From sequence record DRR723986_15041: a DNA stretch of 37,867 bases; one strand, 5' to 3'. Position 1 is the stretch's first letter. Each line of letters opens with the position of its first letter. A model generated the notes under the pieces. That model was not told where the DNA came from. It worked only from the letters and a program-made list of their open reading frames with translations, and did not search any database. Below, piece by piece: positions 27,142 to 36,928 of the stretch. Position numbers and translations under genes: made by a program.

Positions 27142-28350
27142 CTACATTTGGCCCTTGGTGAAGGCTTCCATCATGGTCCAACCATCGGCGAACTTTAAAT
27201 TGCTCTTCGCCGCCTCAGGCTCACTGTAGCTCTTGCCCGTTGGTTCGATTCCTTTACCGCATACGGCTAGAGGAACCATGCCGTGAGCGTGCTTTTTGGT
27301 CGAACACGGCGTCGGGTGGTCAGGCAGTACGATCAAACGGTACTCGCCAAGCGACTTGAGCTTTTCGTGCACTGGCCCAACGATGTGTTGATCAATGGCT
27401 TCCAAGGCTTTGATCTTTTCATCGACACGCCCTTCGTGTGAGGCTTCATCGGTTGCCTCGACGTGCACGCACACGCAATCGTACTCATCGAGGGCCTTAA
27501 TTGCCGCTTGGCCTTTGCCGGCGTAGTTGGTGTCGAGGTAGCCCGTAGCACCTTCTACTTCGATTCGATTCCAACCGATCAAGGATGCAAGCCCACGCAA
27601 GAGATCGACGGCGGTGATCATCACTCCCGACAGTCCGAATCGCTCTTGGAAATTGGGCAGCGTCGGGCTCTTGCCCTGCCCCCAGAGCCAAACGTTCGTG
27701 GCTGGCTTCTTTCCTTCTGCAATGCGCTGCGTGTTTACTGGATGATCGGCAAAAACGCTTTCACTTAGCTGCATCAGTGAGGTTAGCAGATCTGCTCCGG
27801 GGCCACGTGGGAATTCGTCTGCGACCGACAAATCAGTTAAATCATGAGGCGCCCGCGTTCGCGAATCTTCCGAGAATGGAGCTGGGTCGTCCGCTTGGCC
27901 ACGATAGATCAAGAGGTTGCGGTAACTGACTCCGGTTACAAACTCAAGCCTGGGATCGGTAACCTGTTCAGCGAGTACCTTGAGCAAGGCGTCGGATTCT
28001 TCGGTGGAGATATGGTCGGCCGTAAAGTCGACCATGATCTGGTCGGTAATTGTCACTAAGTTGCATCGAATGGCCCAGTCGTTTGGACCGAGTTCAATGC
28101 CTTGTGCGGCGGCTTCGATCGGAGCGCGGCCCGTGAAGTACTTGTTGGGATCGTTGCCGAACAGCGTCATGTTGGCAACTTCACTACCGGCGGGCAAATG
28201 AGCGGGCACGTTGTCCGTCTCTCCAACTTTCCCCTCGGCAGCAACCGCGTCCATGTTGGGAATATTGGCTGCTTCCAATGGGGTTTTGTTGCCAAGTTGA
28301 TCGATTGGAAAGTCTGAACAACCGTCTGGGATGATGATGACGTATTTCAA
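27142..28350 (-). CDS. apgM: Cofactor-independent phosphoglycerate mutase, ApgM type (alkaline phosphatase superfamily; proposed homoserine kinase subgroup)
   Basis: IIPDG..D, TPLEAA..PNMD, GSEVAN, TGRAPIEA, GVSYRNL, HVEATDEASH, PDHPTP; TTG start. Confidence 0.88.
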   Translation of the reverse strand: MKYVIIIPDGCSDFPIDQLGNKTPLEAANIPNMDAVAAEGKVGETDNVPAHLPAGSEVANMTLFGNDPNKYFTGRAPIEAAAQGIELGPNDWAIRCNLVTITDQIMVDFTADHISTEESDALLKVLAEQVTDPRLEFVTGVSYRNLLIYRGQADDPAPFSEDSRTRAPHDLTDLSVADEFPRGPGADLLTSLMQLSESVFADHPVNTQRIAEGKKPATNVWLWGQGKSPTLPNFQERFGLSGVMITAVDLLRGLASLIGWNRIEVEGATGYLDTNYAGKGQAAIKALDEYDCVCVHVEATDEASHEGRVDEKIKALEAIDQHIVGPVHEKLKSLGEYRLIVLPDHPTPCSTKKHAHGMVPLAVCGKGIEPTGKSYSEPEAAKSNLKFADGWTMMEAFTKGQM

Positions 28351-28415
28351 GTCCGTTTCCTTAGACTAGTTTCTGTACTTGTTTTTCGAGCCGCGGTTCA
28401 TGGGCACTTGGGTCG

Positions 28416-29726
28416 CTAGGTTTTATGTTCAACCACCCGCATTCGAACGGCCGCTCCGATTGTGTCCGGCAAGGCTTCGATTCTCTCGACCGCCGCTTTC
28501 GCAACGCCCTCGGGAGCATCGTGTGTCATGATTACAAGTTGTACGGTTCCGTCCTTGTCTTTCGGGAGCGGCTCGTGCTGAATAATGGACGAGATGGAGA
28601 CACTGGATTCGCCCAGAATGTTGGTGATTCTGGCCATCACACCGGGCTCATCTGCAACTTGGAACCGCAAATAATAGCGTCCTGGCAGATCCTCGTCGGG
28701 ACGCAGGTTGACGCTCGACTCACGCTGGCTCCACAGCTCGAGCGTTCGGAAAGTGATCGGTGTGCGTCCAACGGCCATGTCGATCATGTCAGCGACGACG
28801 GCTGAAGCGGTTGGCATCTGCCCGGCACCCTGGCCGTGGAAGAATAGGTCTCCGACGGCATCACCATCAACGCTGATTGCGTTGTAATTTGCACGCACCT
28901 CAGCCAGGGGGTGGCCAGCGCGAATCAGTGTCGGCGCAACGCTTAGTTCCAAACCTGCTTCGACCAGCCGCGCGTGTGCGATTAACTTGATGCGGTATCC
29001 AAGCTCCTTCGCAAAGCTAAGGTCGACTAGATTCAGTGAGTCGATGCCAGTTCGCGGGATCTCAGCCCAACGGATGCGTGCACCGAAAGCTAAGTGGGCG
29101 AGGATGGCTAGCTTTTGAGCCGCGTCGGTTCCATCGACATCGAATGTCGGGTCGGCTTCGGCGAATCCAAGCCGCTGGGCTTCCGCAAGGGCATGGTCGT
29201 AAGTCCAGCCGTATTCGTCCATCTGGCTAACGATGTAGTTGCTTGTTCCGTTTAAGATTCCTTGCAGAGTGGAAACCTGATTCGCGTTCAAGCACTGACT
29301 GAGGTTGGTAATAATCGGAACGCCACCAGCGACGGCCGCTTCGAAAGCGATCGATCGCCCCAATTCACGGGCGGCATCAAACAGCTCGGGCCCGTGCTCG
29401 GCAAGCAACGCTTTGTTTGCAGTGACGATGTCCTTGCCGGCCTTGAGTAGCTTTAGCATGATGGATCGGGCTGGCTCCAGGCCTCCGATCAATTGCGCGA
29501 CCACCTCAATTTCGGGATCATTCAGCACTTCATCCAGGTCGGTCGTGACGACACCGTCAGGCACGTCGCAACCACGCTGTTTGCTGGCATCGCGAACGAC
29601 GCACTTTTCGAGCCAAAGAGTTCGCCCGGCATGTCGAGCGGTTCGGTCGCCGTGATCGAGTAGAAGCTTCGCAACACCGCTTCCTACGGTACCCAGTCCG
29701 ACTATTGCGACTTTCGTCTTATCCAT
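28416..29726 (-). CDS. hom: Homoserine dehydrogenase with C-terminal ACT domain
   Basis: GLGTVG, VTANKALL, FEAAVAGGVP, GILNGTSN, AEADPT.DVDG.D, GQGAG..PTASAV; start ATG 29726. Confidence 0.96.
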   Translation of the reverse strand: MDKTKVAIVGLGTVGSGVAKLLLDHGDRTARHAGRTLWLEKCVVRDASKQRGCDVPDGVVTTDLDEVLNDPEIEVVAQLIGGLEPARSIMLKLLKAGKDIVTANKALLAEHGPELFDAARELGRSIAFEAAVAGGVPIITNLSQCLNANQVSTLQGILNGTSNYIVSQMDEYGWTYDHALAEAQRLGFAEADPTFDVDGTDAAQKLAILAHLAFGARIRWAEIPRTGIDSLNLVDLSFAKELGYRIKLIAHARLVEAGLELSVAPTLIRAGHPLAEVRANYNAISVDGDAVGDLFFHGQGAGQMPTASAVVADMIDMAVGRTPITFRTLELWSQRESSVNLRPDEDLPGRYYLRFQVADEPGVMARITNILGESSVSISSIIQHEPLPKDKDGTVQLVIMTHDAPEGVAKAAVERIEALPDTIGAAVRMRVVEHKT

Positions 29727-29924
29727 AATGCTACTGAAGCTAGGCGTTCTCAAAATGAAAATGGAGGCGTGTCTGGCTGCTTGGAGCCAATGAGTGGGAA
29801 TTACCGGTTGCCAATCCACGCCACCAGCACGACGACCCGGGCGAGTGCATGAGCAGTGTGGGGATTCGCGACCGTCAATTCGGCCCGACATCCTACTCGA
29901 ATTTGACCGTTTCTGCGATGCGGC

Positions 29925-30413
29925 TCAGCCAAGCCAACGCGAGACAGTTTCAGAGATTTCTTCACGGCAGAGTTGCTCGTGAGCCATCGCCTCGTCAGCA
30001 AGTGCGGCGATTGCTTGCCAAACTTCGTCGCGGCAAATGAGCTGGTGAACAAAGTTCAGCCGACGAGTGATGATTTCTGCGGCAGAATCGTTTGGCTTCT
30101 CCAGCCCGTGGGCTAGTCGCGAGGCGGTCGCCCAGTCGCCGGACCACTCGGGTACGTTGTCCAACCGGATCGGGCCGCGAAACTGAGTGCCTTCTTCATA
30201 GATGATTTCTGCAACGGGCCCAGCAAGCGTGACGTCGATCGAGCACGCCTCAATTTTTCGCGCGTCCATTCGCCCCGGCCAATGCACTTCCACTTCGCCA
30301 TCCCGACGGGGCTCATCATCCTGGTCCACATCGATCGATAGGCTTTCAACGGCAGCGCCATGCATGATGGCAATCACCGCATGTGCCGCTTCGTGATAAG
30401 CGCAAAGTTCCAT
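29925..30413 (-). CDS. Stand-alone peptidase M41 (FtsH protease domain)-like protein
   Basis: AYHEAAHAV, LAGPVAE, SGDW, ALADE. Confidence 0.75.
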   Translation of the reverse strand: MELCAYHEAAHAVIAIMHGAAVESLSIDVDQDDEPRRDGEVEVHWPGRMDARKIEACSIDVTLAGPVAEIIYEEGTQFRGPIRLDNVPEWSGDWATASRLAHGLEKPNDSAAEIITRRLNFVHQLICRDEVWQAIAALADEAMAHEQLCREEISETVSRWLG

Positions 30414-30488
30414 CGAGACCCTTCATGCAATTTAGGAGGCCGATTTAAGAGCGGAGTCTGGACCAGATCTGCAATCGACCCGATGCGA

Positions 30489-31916
30489 TCAGTTCGACGT
30501 GATGCCAGGAACCTTGCTTCGCCGAGCAGAGCCGGTTTCAATGGCAGTCTTAGCGACCGCTTCGGCAACCGCCGATGCAACGCGTCGATCAAAAACGCTA
30601 GGGACAATGTAGTCCGGAACCAAGTCATTCTCGGGAATCGTCTCCGCAATCGCCTTAGCCGCCGCTGTCTTCATTTCCAAGTTGACATTGCGGGCACGGA
30701 CATCTAGCAAGCCACGGAACAACCCTGGAAAGCAAAGGACGTTGTTGATTTGGTTCGGGTAATCACTTCGTCCAGTGGCCATAACTTTCACGTGTGGCGC
30801 GGCAAGTTGTGGTTTAATTTCGGGATCGGGATTGGCCAAGGCAAAGACGATCGGATCGGTCGCCATCGATTTAACGGCATCTTCCGTCAAGCAATCTTTC
30901 ACCGAGACTCCGATGAAAACGTCTGCTCCGCGAACGACCTCGGACAGTGCCCCCGAAGCACCGGCTTCGTTCGTGTTCTCCGCCAACCACTGCTTAAGCG
31001 AATTCAGGTTCTCACGCTGCTTGTGAATAGCGCCTCGTGAATCGCAAACAACCATGTTGCTCACCCCAACAGCGTGCAGCAGCTTGGTGATTGCAACACC
31101 CGCAGCCCCAGCACCATTGATAACCACTTTGACATCTTGGGCCTGTTTTCCGACAACCTTGAGGGCATTTGTGAGCGCGGCAAGAACTACGATGGCCGTT
31201 CCGTGCTGGTCGTCATGGAAGACTGGGATTTCCAACTCCGCCTCTAGTCGCGTTTCAATTTCGACGCAGCGCGGTGCCGAAATGTCTTCGAGGTTGATTC
31301 CACCAAAAGTAGGTGCAAGGTGATGGCAGGTGCGAATGATTTCTTCTGTGTCTTGCGTGTCCAAGCAGATTGGAAACGCGTCAACGCCGCCGAATTCCTT
31401 AAACAGGATCGCCTTCCCCTCCATGACCGGCATTGCCGCCTTGGGGCCCAAATTGCCAAGGCCCAGGATGGCAGAACCGTCACTAATGACAGCAACCATA
31501 TTCCGCTTGATCGTCAGTGAGAACGCCGATTCTTCGTCCTTGGCAATCGCTTCGCACACGCGAGCAACGCCCGGAGTGTATGCCATCGACAAATCGTCAC
31601 GAGTCTTCACGGGCGCTCGAGCGGCAATCTCCAGCTTTCCACCAAGGTGCATCAGGAATACTCGATCCGAGACATGCACCAACTCAAGATCATCCATGCT
31701 GCCAAGAGCATCAGCGATCTTCTGCCCGTGTTCAACGGTCGTTGCATTGACCGTCAAGTCGCGAGTGATTTTGCCATCCCGAGTGTCAACAACGTCGATC
31801 GCGCCGATTAAGCCATCGTTCTCACCGATCAAGCTTGTCAATCGGCCCAGAAAGCCCGGCGAGTCAGGATAACGCAGGCGAATCGAAAGACTATATCCAG
31901 GACTGTGGTGGCTCAT
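30489..31916 (-). CDS. NAD(P)-dependent malic enzyme with N-terminal ACT domain
   Basis: AYTPGVA, DGSAILGLG, PVMEGK, INLEDI, FHDDQHGTA, GAGAAG, ALANPDPEI, TGRSDYPNQINN. Confidence 0.96.
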   Translation of the reverse strand: MSHHSPGYSLSIRLRYPDSPGFLGRLTSLIGENDGLIGAIDVVDTRDGKITRDLTVNATTVEHGQKIADALGSMDDLELVHVSDRVFLMHLGGKLEIAARAPVKTRDDLSMAYTPGVARVCEAIAKDEESAFSLTIKRNMVAVISDGSAILGLGNLGPKAAMPVMEGKAILFKEFGGVDAFPICLDTQDTEEIIRTCHHLAPTFGGINLEDISAPRCVEIETRLEAELEIPVFHDDQHGTAIVVLAALTNALKVVGKQAQDVKVVINGAGAAGVAITKLLHAVGVSNMVVCDSRGAIHKQRENLNSLKQWLAENTNEAGASGALSEVVRGADVFIGVSVKDCLTEDAVKSMATDPIVFALANPDPEIKPQLAAPHVKVMATGRSDYPNQINNVLCFPGLFRGLLDVRARNVNLEMKTAAAKAIAETIPENDLVPDYIVPSVFDRRVASAVAEAVAKTAIETGSARRSKVPGITSN

Positions 31917-32002
31917 TTATGTCGCTCGGTTTCACAGGGTGATTATGTTGCAATAGATTGCATGCGTGACGAAGTATGACTGGCATCATACGGGCCGCGG
32001 AT

Positions 32003-32992
32003 CTAGATCGGATCGTGCAACGCAAAGTGTAACTGCGTTTTCAAAATCGTCATGGCCACCGGCAGTTTTAGCAAGGTCGATTCGCCTGGTTTCATGTTTT
32101 TGCCGTCCAGCGTGATCGTAACTTTGCTCGATAAATTCGTCGCTTCGATCTCGTCTATCTTCACGCGGCGCATACCAACCTGCTCACGCGACAATCGTTG
32201 TTCCGAGTGCGGCACTACGACCAAACGAGACGACTCGGCTAGCCAGCACGGAGCCGACGGTTCATTTCGGCCTTGCCGTCCAAGCACGAAACGGGCTGGC
32301 AACGGAATTGTGAATTCGGCCCGATCCTCTTCGCAGCGGCCGTCCTGAACAATGGCCACTTGCAGCGGTGCAAGCTCAGTCAACTCGTCTTCCATCGCAC
32401 TTCGAAAACCAACCCGGTCGTCGGCCGGCCGCGGCCAGTCGAGTTCGTTGACGAATTGGTCGACCGGCGGTTGATCTCCCCAAACACTCCGGGCTCGCCA
32501 CTGCGAAAGTACGATTTGCTGCCACGCTTCCCACAGCGCGCGGTAACTTGGATGGTCAAAGCTTAGATGGCTGGGGCTTAGCAGGCGGGAGCTTGGAAGG
32601 AGCTGGGCCACTGTGCTCGACGCTTGGGGGCTATCCGGCTGCGGACTGCTGTCCGGAGTATCCTTGTGAAGCTTGCCATGTTCAACCTCGAGAAACTTCA
32701 AATAGCGGTTCGTTACGCTAGTGCAGCAACTGGCTTCAGCCTGCGAGCCAACCTCGAAACCAAACAATCGAGCCGCATGACGAATTCTCCATTCAACGTC
32801 AATGCAACACAGCTCAATCAGTCCGCTCCAAACGCTCGAGCGATCTACCTTTTCAGACGCCCGCAAATAGTCTTCGGCGATTGCACGACAGGTTTGGCTC
32901 GGATTATGAGCGATAACTTCGTCAATATTGAGCGATCCGATTGCCGCCAGCAACTTCTCCAACTTGGCTGTGAATTCTTCAATGTTGCTCAA
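32003..32992 (-). CDS. Hypothetical protein, helical N-terminus and C-terminal FHA-like domain
   Basis: 329 aa, TTG start; VLGRQ, LSREQV and TNLS resemble the FHA GR / SRxH / DLxS pattern. Confidence 0.6.
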   Translation of the reverse strand: MSNIEEFTAKLEKLLAAIGSLNIDEVIAHNPSQTCRAIAEDYLRASEKVDRSSVWSGLIELCCIDVEWRIRHAARLFGFEVGSQAEASCCTSVTNRYLKFLEVEHGKLHKDTPDSSPQPDSPQASSTVAQLLPSSRLLSPSHLSFDHPSYRALWEAWQQIVLSQWRARSVWGDQPPVDQFVNELDWPRPADDRVGFRSAMEDELTELAPLQVAIVQDGRCEEDRAEFTIPLPARFVLGRQGRNEPSAPCWLAESSRLVVVPHSEQRLSREQVGMRRVKIDEIEATNLSSKVTITLDGKNMKPGESTLLKLPVAMTILKTQLHFALHDPI

Positions 32993-33156
32993 GGAACCAC
33001 TACTAGCAAAACGCTCTCTACAGGATGCCGCTGGCGCGTGTCTCTATTCGGGGGAAGTGACAGTTGCGAGCAATATGTTACGATTCCGCTCGGTATGTTC
33101 ACAGCCCGGCGAGCGGCTTTACCCCTAGTTTTACCTGATCAAACGAGATTGTCCTG

Positions 33157-34101
33157 ATGACCAGCGGCGAGATCTTTCGTGGTTGTATCCCAGCCCTCAT
33201 GACCCCCTGCACCAAGAGCGGCGAACCGGACTTTGAGACTCTGGTTCAAACTGGCAGCAAACTGATGGCGTCGGGGATGCAGGCAGTTGTCTATTGTGGG
33301 TCGATGGGCGACTGGCCACTCCTATCCGACGCCCAACGGCAAGAGGGCGTTCGGCAATTGGTTGCCGCCAACATTCCGGTCGTTGTCGGAACCGGTGCAC
33401 AGAACCCGGCACTTGCGGCCGCTCACGCGAGTCACGCGGCACAGATCGGTGCTGCCGGACTGATGGTCATTCCAAGAGTTCTCTCTCGCGGAACTTCTAC
33501 CTCAGCCCAACGTGACCACTTTTCACGCATTCTGGCGGCGGCCAGCAGTTTGCCGGCGGTAATCTACAACAGTCCGTATTACGGTTTCGAGACCAAGGCT
33601 GATCTCTTCTTTGAATTGCGACGGCAGCATTCCAACCTGGTAGGCTTCAAAGAGTTTGGTGGTGCAGATTCGTTGAGCTACGCGGCGGAGTTCATTACTG
33701 GGCAAGATCCAGACTTGACGTTGATGGTCGGCGTCGACACGCAAGTAACGCACGGCTACTTCCGCTGTGGAGCGAAAGGTGCGATTACCGGTGTCGGAAA
33801 TGCACTGCCGAAAGAAATCTTGCGGTTGGTTGAGCTCTGCGGTCGCGCACAATCGGGTGAACCTCAAGCCACGAAGTGGGCCGTGGAGCTCGAAAATGCC
33901 TTGGCTGTACTCAGTAAGTTCGACGAGGGGCCCGATCTAGTGCTGTACTACAAGCACTTGATGACACTCGAAGGCAATAGCGGCTACGAGCATCACTTCA
34001 ATGAATCCGACCGTTTGAGCAGCAGCCAAAAACAGCACCTTGAATTTCACTGGAAGCAGTTCCGCAGTTGGTGGGACGCTTGGCCCGGTAAGACTGGCTA
34101 A
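33157..34101 (+). CDS. DapA/NanA-family lyase, likely HypD-like (1-pyrroline-4-hydroxy-2-carboxylate deaminase) subfamily
   Basis: IPALMTP, YCGSMGDWPLL (not GTTGE), IYNSPYYG, GFKEFGG, GAITGVGN. Confidence 0.85.
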   Translation: MTSGEIFRGCIPALMTPCTKSGEPDFETLVQTGSKLMASGMQAVVYCGSMGDWPLLSDAQRQEGVRQLVAANIPVVVGTGAQNPALAAAHASHAAQIGAAGLMVIPRVLSRGTSTSAQRDHFSRILAAASSLPAVIYNSPYYGFETKADLFFELRRQHSNLVGFKEFGGADSLSYAAEFITGQDPDLTLMVGVDTQVTHGYFRCGAKGAITGVGNALPKEILRLVELCGRAQSGEPQATKWAVELENALAVLSKFDEGPDLVLYYKHLMTLEGNSGYEHHFNESDRLSSSQKQHLEFHWKQFRSWWDAWPGKTG

Positions 34102-34154
34102 GCGATTGCCATCCTGTTCTGGTCCGCGGTGGCGTTTTGCACGCCGCTGTGCAG

Positions 34155-36110
34155 CTACATCCGCTTCACAACGCCGATGCCCAGCAGACTCAAGCCGAGT
34201 TTCAGGACTCGTCCGGTTGCGAAGCAGAGTGCCAGTCGGCTCTGACGAAGGCTCTCGTCTTCAGCCTTGAGTACTGGGCACTGGTCAAAGAAGCTCGCAA
34301 AACTCTTGGCGACAGCGTACAGGTAGTTGGTCAACACGTTCGGGTAGTAACCATCGACGCTCTGGTGCAACGTATCCTCAAGCTGCAGAAGCTGTAGCAT
34401 CAATGCTCGTTCGGCTGCGTGAGTTACTTTCAAATCGACTTGAGCGACCGACTCTTGATCGATCGCCGCGTCGCTCTTGCCAAGGATGCTCTGCGTTCGG
34501 GCATACATGTATTGGATGTAAGCTGAAGTGTTGCCTTCAAGCTGCACCATTTTCTCGGTATTGAATTCGTAGTCGCTGGTTCGATTGTGGGACAAGTCAG
34601 CGTACTTGATCGCTCCCAGGCCGACGACTTTGGCAATATGCTTTTTCTCGTCGTCGGTTAGCGCAATACCAGATTTTTCTAGTCGCTCTGGGTTACAAAC
34701 AACTTGATGCGCCCGTTCGACGGCTTCGTTGAGCAAGTACTCTAGGCCGATAACAGTACCGGAACGCGTCTTAAAGGGCTTTCCGTCAGGGCCGCACACC
34801 GTTCCAAATCCAACGTGCGTCAGTTCAACGTCTTCGACGCCACACTTCCGCGCTGCCGCGAATAATTTGTCGAAATGCTCGCCTTGACGATGATCGACCA
34901 CGTACAGGATCGCGTCCGGTGCAAATTCTTGCATTCGGTAATCGATGGTCGCAATGTCGGTCGTAGCGTAAAGATACGCCCCGTCGCTTTTCTGGATGAT
35001 CATCGGAGCATCAAAGCCATCGACGAAAATGCAGATCGCACAATTGTCCTCTTTCGCCATGCCTGAATCGACCAGTCGCTTGACGACGCCGGGGAGCATC
35101 GGGTGGTAAAAGCTCTCGCCCAGCGTGTGATCAAACTCGATCCCCAGCATGCTGTAAACCTTGTCGATCACCTCGTAGGCAATCGGCATAAACTGATTCC
35201 ACAGTGCGACGTTCGTCGTGTCGCCCTCGTGCAGTTTCGCGGTCTCGAGTTGGCACCGTGTCTGCAAGTCGGCATGTTCGCTAGCAGCGCTGAGCAACGC
35301 CACATCGTCTTCAACGGTCTTGATCTTTTCTTCGAGCGAGGTCAAATTCTCCTTGGCGGACCGTAGAGTGCGATTCGCTGCTTTGACCGATTTCTTTCGA
35401 GACTTGTCGTCCGATGGCAAAGCCTCCGCCGCAGTAAGTTGTGCTTGGGCGTCGACGACCGATTGCTTGGCGGCGTCAATCTTCTTGCTTGCCGTTTGGT
35501 ACCCAATCACCGATTGGATCACTCGGTAAATCCGACTGAGCTCGGTAACTGGCGCTGCGTCGTAGGCGGCTTGGTCTACAAAATTCTTGTAGCCGTAAAT
35601 GATCATTCCAAACTGGGTGCCCCAATCGCCGAGGTGATTGTCCGTAATCACCTTGTGCCCTAAGAACCGCAGGATTCGGGCGAGTGCGTCACCGATAACC
35701 GTTGATCGGATATGCCCAACATGCATCGGTTTGGCAGCATTGGGCGACGAATAATCAATGACGAAGGTCTGTGGTTCGACAACCTCAACCGCCGCTCGTT
35801 CGTCGGCAGCCAGCGCAGCCGCTTGCTCGGTGAGGAGTTCGTCTTTGATTCGCAAATTGATGAACCCTGGACCAGCAACCTCAGCGGGATGACAAAGGTC
35901 CTCGATTTTGATCCTGCTGATGAGCTCTTCTGCAATTTCCCTCGGCGGCTTGCCAAGACGCTTGCCCAGTGGCATCGCGACGTTCGCCTGGTAGTCGCCA
36001 TGTTTCGGATCTCGGGCTGCGGCGACTTGCTTTGCGAGCTCCGCCGCATCGTCGGTCAGTTCTCGAAGCGCTTCTTCAAATCGACTTCGTAGTTGGTTTA
36101 GAATTTGCAT
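34155..36110 (-). CDS. argS: Arginine--tRNA ligase
   Basis: GDYQAN, AGPGFIN, DYSSPN.AKPMHVGHIRST, GDWGTQFG, KSDG.YLY.TTD, FKTRSG, YIQYMYAR, C-terminal RM. Confidence 0.98.
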   Translation of the reverse strand: MQILNQLRSRFEEALRELTDDAAELAKQVAAARDPKHGDYQANVAMPLGKRLGKPPREIAEELISRIKIEDLCHPAEVAGPGFINLRIKDELLTEQAAALAADERAAVEVVEPQTFVIDYSSPNAAKPMHVGHIRSTVIGDALARILRFLGHKVITDNHLGDWGTQFGMIIYGYKNFVDQAAYDAAPVTELSRIYRVIQSVIGYQTASKKIDAAKQSVVDAQAQLTAAEALPSDDKSRKKSVKAANRTLRSAKENLTSLEEKIKTVEDDVALLSAASEHADLQTRCQLETAKLHEGDTTNVALWNQFMPIAYEVIDKVYSMLGIEFDHTLGESFYHPMLPGVVKRLVDSGMAKEDNCAICIFVDGFDAPMIIQKSDGAYLYATTDIATIDYRMQEFAPDAILYVVDHRQGEHFDKLFAAARKCGVEDVELTHVGFGTVCGPDGKPFKTRSGTVIGLEYLLNEAVERAHQVVCNPERLEKSGIALTDDEKKHIAKVVGLGAIKYADLSHNRTSDYEFNTEKMVQLEGNTSAYIQYMYARTQSILGKSDAAIDQESVAQVDLKVTHAAERALMLQLLQLEDTLHQSVDGYYPNVLTNYLYAVAKSFASFFDQCPVLKAEDESLRQSRLALCFATGRVLKLGLSLLGIGVVKRM

Positions 36111-36284
36111 CGTGCGGTCAGAATGGTCGAAAAATGTTTGTCGGGAACGATGCCGCCTGCCTCACTTGAGCGTCCAAATGTGAACGGCGGAAGGCGGCTC
36201 TTTTCGAATAGCAGAAAGGCGTGGTTGTAGCACCCGCGCCCACGGGCAACACTCGCAGGACGGTGAACTAGCGGTCCGCGGAAA

Positions 36285-36782
36285 CTACTGCTGAAAGCGA
36301 GTCATCGACGCGCTGGCGGCCTGAACCACTTCCGTGATATCCACAGGTTTTCCGTCAGCCCACAGGGATTCCAGATCGTAGAATTCACGAGTTTCTTCAT
36401 CGAACAGGTGAACGACGATCGATCCGTAATCCAACACAATCCAGCGGCTCTCATCGTAACCAGCCGCACTCATCCGCTGCTCGCCAAGTTCGTGTTTGAG
36501 CACACGGTCAATTTCTCCACCCATGGCAGATAATTGCCGGCGGCTTGAACCGGAAGCAATGACGAAGAAGTCGAACAGGGCCGTCTGCGATGTCAGGTCC
36601 AGCAGAATGATGTCCTGACCGCGATTCTCAGCAGCGGCCTTGACCGCTGCGAGTGCGAGTTCACGAGACCGCTCAATCTGCTCTGGTGGCACGTGCGCAG
36701 CCAACGACGCTGCGTGGGGAAGCGGACTGGCCGGCTTCGGGGCATTGTCCCTCGAATTGCCGCTTTGGGGTTCACCACTCAT
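36285..36782 (-). CDS. rsfS: Ribosome silencing factor (Iojap)
   Basis: DIILLD, DFFVIASG.S.RQ, WIVLDYG.IVVHLF, REFYDLE.LW; start 36782 or 36803. Confidence 0.95.
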   Translation of the reverse strand: MSGEPQSGNSRDNAPKPASPLPHAASLAAHVPPEQIERSRELALAAVKAAAENRGQDIILLDLTSQTALFDFFVIASGSSRRQLSAMGGEIDRVLKHELGEQRMSAAGYDESRWIVLDYGSIVVHLFDEETREFYDLESLWADGKPVDITEVVQAASASMTRFQQ

Positions 36783-36928
36783 TATTTGTCCGCCTGAATA
36801 CAACCACTGAAGATCTCAAAGAATGACAGCCTTTAACTTGCAAAGTTCGCGTTCGATTGATGAAGAGCCCGCACATTTAGGCCTTTCCAGCCTTCAATTC
36901 CCAGCCAAAGCCGCCTCGCGGCCCCGGA

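Noticed and set aside
29727..29924. SAM-I riboswitch or thr attenuator upstream of hom
   Set aside because: GGCAACC...AATTCC is reminiscent, but the P1 AUC/GAU and kink-turn elements are absent; no Thr/Ile-rich leader peptide
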